Shown in pieces: positions 35,563 to 40,529 of a stretch of DNA of 40,529 nt. The stretch is taken from positions 1-40,529 of the IMG/VR virus record IMGVR_UViG_3300023173_000036. The stretch is one strand, 5' to 3'. Positions within the stretch are counted from its first letter, which is position 1, and every line of letters starts with the position of its first letter. A program made the translations under genes and the position numbers. The notes beneath the pieces were generated by a model, which saw nothing but the letters and a program-made list of their open reading frames with translations, had not been told where the DNA came from and ran no database searches. The DNA comes from a virus. Lineage: Duplodnaviria > Caudoviricetes.

Positions 35563-35581
35563 AAGAGCGTAACGACAACGC

Positions 35582-37681
35582 TTAACTGTTAGCGAGATCA
35601 CCATCACGCGGATTAGGTACGTTGGTATCACCAATAGAAACTCTACGACCTTGCTCTAGTTCCATCTGTAACTCAGCAATGTTAGTAGCGTACTTAAGTT
35701 CGTACTCAGCTCTATCAATGTCTACCTTCTGTTGGTCAATGTCTAACTCTCGTTCCTTAACTGCTGCTTCCCTATTCCTTACAGCAATCTCTTCACGTTT
35801 AATTGCTGCTTCTTCCTGAGCTTTCTTAGCTTCCAGTTCTAGCTTCTGTTGCTCTAGTTGAAGCTTAATCTGTTCAGGAGTAGGCTGTGCTCTCTTCTGT
35901 TCTAGTGCAGCTTGAGCTTGCTTAGACTCAGGAGAGTTAGGGTTAAGCCAGAATAGGTGAGGCTCATCAAAGCCAGAGTTCTTAGTTATCGCTACTAAGG
36001 AATTGTAGACAGTCTCATAATCAAACAAAATACCTTCCATTCCTTGTTGAGCTAAAGAAGTAGTAAGGTTAAGCATCATCTGTGAAGCCATTACCTTCTC
36101 TGCTACCTTACCATCACCAATACCAGCTACAGGAGTAATACGATAATCCTTACGCCAGTGAGTAGGGTTAGTAGTAACAAAGTCACCTCGTACTTGGAAC
36201 ATAACCTCTTGATCTTGGTGAAGAAGAGTTAGCTTGTAAATGTTCCTAAACAGTTTAGAGAAGGAGTGAGCTAGCACTCTAGCAATCAACTCTTGCTTCT
36301 GTTCTGCTGCTGACATGACATCAGCTACTGCACTACCAGCTTGGTTACTATGTAAGATGCTAGAATCCATTCCTCTAGTTGTCTTGGAGATACCAGTACG
36401 GTTATCTTTTAGAGTATCTAAGTACTCTAACATAGTAAAGTTTTCAGTAGGCAAAGCAGGTGTATCTAACTGCTTGATAGCTCCTGCCATCTTAGTTCGG
36501 ATTACTCCACCTAACCTATTGTTAAGCAGATCATCCATATTAACCTGACCTTCTAACACTTCGTATCTACCATTGTTCATGGTGTACATGTTATCTAGTA
36601 GGTTACGCAGTAATGAAGTCTTGATCTTCTGAATGTCTTTCAGTTGATCATACATACTCAACCCATAGAACTTGTGAGCAATAATGTGAGTACGGAAGTC
36701 AGTGAATAGTGGCTCATCGTAACGTTCATTAAGCAGTAGGTTACCATCTGCTACTACTACTCGTCTTCGTTCAGCGATACCATCACCATCGAAGTCTACT
36801 AATGTAACACCTTCGATTACTTCTACTTTCTCCTGACTATCTTCCTGAGGCCAAGAGACTGTACCTGTTCCTTGGAATTGAGCATTGTCGTAAGAGTTAC
36901 GTGCTCGTGTAATAGAGTTACCATTACCACCAGATAACCAAGTAGTGTTAGTTGCATCTAACCCTTGTACCATCTCAGCATCGTAGCCCATAGATACTAG
37001 CTCTGACCTAGACACTAGCCTACGGTGTCCAACGAAGCTAGCTTCATCTACTGTTGCTGACCAAGTATCAATGATGAACTCTTCAGGTGGGATAGCTTCT
37101 ACCATCAACTCCTTGCACACTACCTGACGACTAATCTCAATATCGTAAGTACCTTCTGGTAATGCAGTTTGAGCTAGGAGTTCTACTCCGTCCTCTAGTA
37201 AGATAAGAGCAATCTGGTCTTGTGATAGGCCTGAGAAACTATCAAACTCTACTTTGATCTTCTCTTGGTAGTAGTGCTTCATGATACCATTCTTAGCTAA
37301 GAGGGAGTCTTGAATCACTGAGTAAGTGTTAAGGAAGCCATCGTTCTTAACATTGTATAAGTAATTACAGTAGTCTTGTGCTTGCTTAGCTACTTCAATG
37401 TCGTCCTTAGTTTCAGGTACGAACTGAACTACTTCTTTGCCTCCTGCGAAGATACGCATCAATGAAGGCATTAGCCAATCTACTGCATCTGCTACGTCCT
37501 TAGACACTACTGAAGATCTACCTTGGATCTCATTCCCTAAGGGTTCTCCATAGTAATACTTAATAGACTTTTCAATCTGTCCTGAAAGCTTAGATTGTTG
37601 ATAGTCTAAACCTTCTGTAACATAACTATCAATGACAGTAAGTAGATCCTCTTCTGTCATAGGTTTCAATTCATCTGCCAT
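35582..37681 (-). CDS. portal protein (P22/LUZ24-like)
   Basis: YYYGEP.GNE..GRS.VVS.DV, IPPEEF; long C-terminal coiled-coil barrel. Confidence 0.93.
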   Translation of the reverse strand: MADELKPMTEEDLLTVIDSYVTEGLDYQQSKLSGQIEKSIKYYYGEPLGNEIQGRSSVVSKDVADAVDWLMPSLMRIFAGGKEVVQFVPETKDDIEVAKQAQDYCNYLYNVKNDGFLNTYSVIQDSLLAKNGIMKHYYQEKIKVEFDSFSGLSQDQIALILLEDGVELLAQTALPEGTYDIEISRQVVCKELMVEAIPPEEFIIDTWSATVDEASFVGHRRLVSRSELVSMGYDAEMVQGLDATNTTWLSGGNGNSITRARNSYDNAQFQGTGTVSWPQEDSQEKVEVIEGVTLVDFDGDGIAERRRVVVADGNLLLNERYDEPLFTDFRTHIIAHKFYGLSMYDQLKDIQKIKTSLLRNLLDNMYTMNNGRYEVLEGQVNMDDLLNNRLGGVIRTKMAGAIKQLDTPALPTENFTMLEYLDTLKDNRTGISKTTRGMDSSILHSNQAGSAVADVMSAAEQKQELIARVLAHSFSKLFRNIYKLTLLHQDQEVMFQVRGDFVTTNPTHWRKDYRITPVAGIGDGKVAEKVMASQMMLNLTTSLAQQGMEGILFDYETVYNSLVAITKNSGFDEPHLFWLNPNSPESKQAQAALEQKRAQPTPEQIKLQLEQQKLELEAKKAQEEAAIKREEIAVRNREAAVKERELDIDQQKVDIDRAEYELKYATNIAELQMELEQGRRVSIGDTNVPNPRDGDLANS

Positions 37682-37707
37682 AGATAATTCCTGTTGTATT
37701 TATGAGG

Positions 37708-37735
37708 ATTATAACATATAAAAGTAAATTGTCAA
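37708..37735 (-). promoter_or_regulatory. consensus sigma70 promoter for the portal gene
   Basis: Minus strand TTGACA-16 bp-TATAAT with extended -10 TG. Confidence 0.85.
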
Positions 37736-37740
37736 CCCTG

Positions 37741-39198
37741 CTAAACTACTCCTTGCCAATGTACTGGTTCCCAATTAGGATCATCCCATGTCTGGTTACC
37801 AATCTGGCCTGTAGTTCCAAACCTGTCTAAGCTTAGGAAAGCATAACGACTAGCACTGATCATGTCATCATCTAGTGCTATAACCTTACCGTTGTCTCTG
37901 TGGTAGGTTGCTTTCTCTTGTAACCATTTACGACAAGTGGAGAAGACTTTTAACTTCCCTTCCTGCATCTTAGTAAGCATCCAATGTAGTCCATACTCCA
38001 CTGAATTACCACCGGATTTACCATCTGAGGAAGGTGGATTAGAAAAGGTATGAGGTAGTGCATGGATTCCTTGAGCCTCGTATAGTTTAATGAACTGCTT
38101 ACCACTTCCACCAGCATCATGCTTAAAGGCATCATGGGGGAACTGACAAGGGATTGTATCTCCACCCATAGCTCTAATACCAACAGCATGCATTGGGATA
38201 GTTTGCTTACGTTCAGAGTACTCATCAATCAAGTAGTAAGTATTGTTAGCTGGATCTTTAGTTACCATAGCTGCACCGTTAGGGTGATCAAACCCTAGGT
38301 CAATACCTATCAGCTTAACCCAGTGGCTAGGGATCTCGAAAGGATCAACTATAATATCATCATCAGCAATAGGGAAGATTACACCTGAACCTAGTGATGG
38401 TACACCCTTACTCCTCATCTCTCTTTCCATAGGAGAGTACACTGAGAGTAGCTGCTCTTTGGTAGCTTCATCCAAGTGAGGAGCATCATCCCAGCTAGCA
38501 GTAATCATGAACTGTCCATTCTTAATGTCATTCATGAAGTCATTTACTAGAGGAGTAAGTCCATGCTCAGGAGTAAAGGTCATGTAGGTGATACCATTAG
38601 TGGTAGCAGTACGAGTAATACACTGGGTAAATACATCCTGAGGACATTCCTCATCTAGCCAGATTAAATCAATAGCTGTCCCCATGAACTTGTCTTGGGA
38701 CATCTCATAAGACTTAAAGGTTAGGATGCTTTGTCCACCACTGACATGCTTAACTACTACTGACTCTATTGCATTAGGTGTACCTACTTTGTTTACTGTA
38801 CGTACAATACAATCCAAAGGGATAGCAGCAGAACCCCATGCACTAGGGTCTACTGGATTCCCTAGGAGTTCTGCTTGAAGGATATCACGAGTCGTTACTG
38901 TAGAGATACCAGCAGCCCAAGCCATGATAGGTTTATCAAACTTATAACCATCCCACCAATCTGGATATAAGCCAGTAAGGTGACAAGCCATAATGAAAGC
39001 ACCAGTGTAGGTCTTACCACACCGGTTACCTGTCATAGCTAGTAGCTGCTTGTTATCTGAAGATGCAGTGATGAACTCAGATTGCCAACCATAAGGACTG
39101 AAGTAGTTGATCTTATTGAATCTCTTATGGTCTTCGTGAGCTTTAAGTAGAGCGATAGCTTGCTCTAGCTCATCAGTAGTTAGGTTATCTAAGTCCAT
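37741..39198 (-). CDS. terL: terminase large subunit
   Basis: Walker A GNRCGKT, Walker B IWLDEE, TFTP, nuclease GIDLGFDHP and DDMISA. Confidence 0.96.
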   Translation of the reverse strand: MDLDNLTTDELEQAIALLKAHEDHKRFNKINYFSPYGWQSEFITASSDNKQLLAMTGNRCGKTYTGAFIMACHLTGLYPDWWDGYKFDKPIMAWAAGISTVTTRDILQAELLGNPVDPSAWGSAAIPLDCIVRTVNKVGTPNAIESVVVKHVSGGQSILTFKSYEMSQDKFMGTAIDLIWLDEECPQDVFTQCITRTATTNGITYMTFTPEHGLTPLVNDFMNDIKNGQFMITASWDDAPHLDEATKEQLLSVYSPMEREMRSKGVPSLGSGVIFPIADDDIIVDPFEIPSHWVKLIGIDLGFDHPNGAAMVTKDPANNTYYLIDEYSERKQTIPMHAVGIRAMGGDTIPCQFPHDAFKHDAGGSGKQFIKLYEAQGIHALPHTFSNPPSSDGKSGGNSVEYGLHWMLTKMQEGKLKVFSTCRKWLQEKATYHRDNGKVIALDDDMISASRYAFLSLDRFGTTGQIGNQTWDDPNWEPVHWQGVV

Positions 39199-39215
39199 AC
39201 AAATACTCCTGTGTG

Positions 39216-39758
39216 TTATGCTAGTGAGAGGTACTTCTGACGGTAGCTGTCAGTCTGGTCTCTGTGCTTACCAGTACGCCAACCCTTACCACCATGCCAT
39301 ACTGCTGCTGCTTCTAGTGGATCACAGTCACAGGATTCGTAGATCACACGGAGGATAGCCTCTTGAGCTGAAGTAAGGAGTCCCTTCCACTGATCAGGGT
39401 AACCTAGTGTACCACCATAGTCGAAGTCATTAAGGAAAGAAGTATTACAGCAGTAGCCATAGTGCTTAGCAAACTCCTTACCTTTCTCATATCTCTCACC
39501 ACCCTCCTCATACCTAGCACGATCACTACCACCAATCTGTAGGGATACCATCTGTCTAGTTACCATTTCCTTGAGAGCAGTCTTCTCTTGCTTAGTTAGC
39601 TTATCGTTATCAATGTAGTCTAGTGCTAGTCCCTTAGTTACTTGATAAGGGCCATAAGCAGAAGAACCTTGAGCTAACTGAGTACGTATAAAAGGATCTT
39701 TAAGGTTACCAGTTTCTATCTTCTTAATAATAGATTTGAACTTATCAAAGCCAGACAT
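39216..39758 (-). CDS. lysozyme/transglycosylase-fold protein, probable endolysin
   Basis: IETG catalytic Glu, SSAYGPYQVT, AAAVWHGG; sits between terS and terL like the LUZ24/PaP3 lysozyme; TAATG coupling gives start 39758. Confidence 0.7.
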   Translation of the reverse strand: MSGFDKFKSIIKKIETGNLKDPFIRTQLAQGSSAYGPYQVTKGLALDYIDNDKLTKQEKTALKEMVTRQMVSLQIGGSDRARYEEGGERYEKGKEFAKHYGYCCNTSFLNDFDYGGTLGYPDQWKGLLTSAQEAILRVIYESCDCDPLEAAAVWHGGKGWRTGKHRDQTDSYRQKYLSLA

Positions 39759-39976
39759 TAGTCCCAACCCTCCATGTCAGTGTTAACGTAGAAAGTAGAC
39801 TCTCCTTGCTGATCGAACATCTGGTCTACTGGTAATTCAGGATCTTCTGGCTCCTGTGTGTTAGGTTCAGTCTCTACTGGTGAGTCTAGATCAGCATGAC
39901 ACTCAGGGCATACCTCTATGTCATCCCACCACTCTGCTGTACATTCTGGACAAGTAATCATTCTACTCTCCATCAA
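39758..39976 (-). CDS. small zinc-ribbon protein with acidic tail
   Basis: CPEC-x10-CPEC. Confidence 0.7.
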   Translation of the reverse strand: MMESRMITCPECTAEWWDDIEVCPECHADLDSPVETEPNTQEPEDPELPVDQMFDQQGESTFYVNTDMEGWD

Positions 39977-40391
39977 TCATAATATCTGGGTTACTGGTAA
40001 GAAGTTCTTTAAGCTGTGCCTTAAGATCTTCCTGTGACTTAGGAGATTCCTCATTAATCTGAATCCTAGTCTGCTTATCAAAGCCTCCTCGGTCTAGGAT
40101 CTCTAAGCTAGCTTTAACCCTAGCTGTCTCACTCTTCCCATTAACCATGATCTCAGCAAGAGTCTTAAGTGCTAATGGTACTTTGTTCTGTAGGTGTAGC
40201 TGTACTTCTCGTACAATAGCTACCTGATGCTTCTTAAAGAAGTTGTATGCATTAGAAGCAGTAGGACAACTGTATCCTGCTGCTGCATAAGATTCAGTCT
40301 TGTTAGCACCATTAACCCAAGCTTCAGCAAACTTACTGATCCTCTCTTCAATGGTAGTATCTTTGACTGAGGCTAGTTTTACTACTGACAT
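39963..40391 (-). CDS. terS: terminase small subunit
   Basis: N-terminal HTH (NKTESYAAAGYS), ARVKASLEILDRGG; first gene of the late arm. Confidence 0.8.
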   Translation of the reverse strand: MSVVKLASVKDTTIEERISKFAEAWVNGANKTESYAAAGYSCPTASNAYNFFKKHQVAIVREVQLHLQNKVPLALKTLAEIMVNGKSETARVKASLEILDRGGFDKQTRIQINEESPKSQEDLKAQLKELLTSNPDIMIDGE

Positions 40392-40449
40392 AGCTTCGCC
40401 CTCTGGTGTTGTGTTGTTAGTAACCTTAGTGCTAGTGTCGTTGTTAACT

Positions 40450-40489
40450 TAAGGAGTCTTCTTCTTCTATCTACTACTTCTACTCCTTA
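40450..40489. repeat. TAAGGAGT...ACTCCTTA inverted repeat with strand-asymmetric loop
   Basis: Third copy of the element at 4127 and 25777. Confidence 0.75.
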
Positions 40490-40518
40490 TCCTTTCAGGC
40501 TAGCCTAAGAAGTTTTTG

Positions 40519-40529
40519 AGTTTACCATA
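40519..40529 (-). promoter_or_regulatory. extended -10 of a late promoter; -35 lies outside the window
   Basis: Minus strand TATGGTAAACTCAAA matches TATGCTAAACTCAAA of the 25858 promoter. Confidence 0.55.

Noticed and set aside
35516-35578. N-terminal extension of the 94-aa ORF
   Set aside because: Runs through the portal terminator hairpin; the RBS supports the start at 35515
1-40529. Stop-codon recoding (TAG), suggested by abundant TAG words
   Set aside because: Core genes are full length in the standard code and many end in TAG

Overview
The window looks like an essentially complete ~40.5 kb lytic podophage genome with a LUZ24/PaP3- or Zobellviridae (VpV262/SIO1)-like layout. There are two convergent arms. 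The + arm (1-18.9 kb) carries early small and membrane genes, an M28-type peptidase, primase-helicase, a split family A DNA polymerase, exonuclease, endonuclease, MazG, ThyX, a phosphoesterase, glutaredoxin and class I ribonucleotide reductase. The - arm (18.9-40.5 kb) carries terminase, a lysozyme-like endolysin, portal, scaffold, major capsid, tail, fibre and ejection proteins. I see no RNA polymerase, integrase, tRNA or CRISPR array; near-consensus sigma70 promoters occur on both arms. A marine gammaproteobacterial host (e.g. Vibrio) is a guess only. The most interesting signals are non-coding. (1) A ~270-nt ORF-free leader right after the first promoter has nested helices and two possible long-range loop pairings, a candidate undescribed structured RNA. 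(2) A promoter + TAAG(G/A)AGT inverted-repeat module occurs at three loci with a compensatory stem change; one copy fires antisense into the early region and would make an RNA with three anti-Shine-Dalgarno repeats. All calls come from reading motifs by eye; no searches were run.
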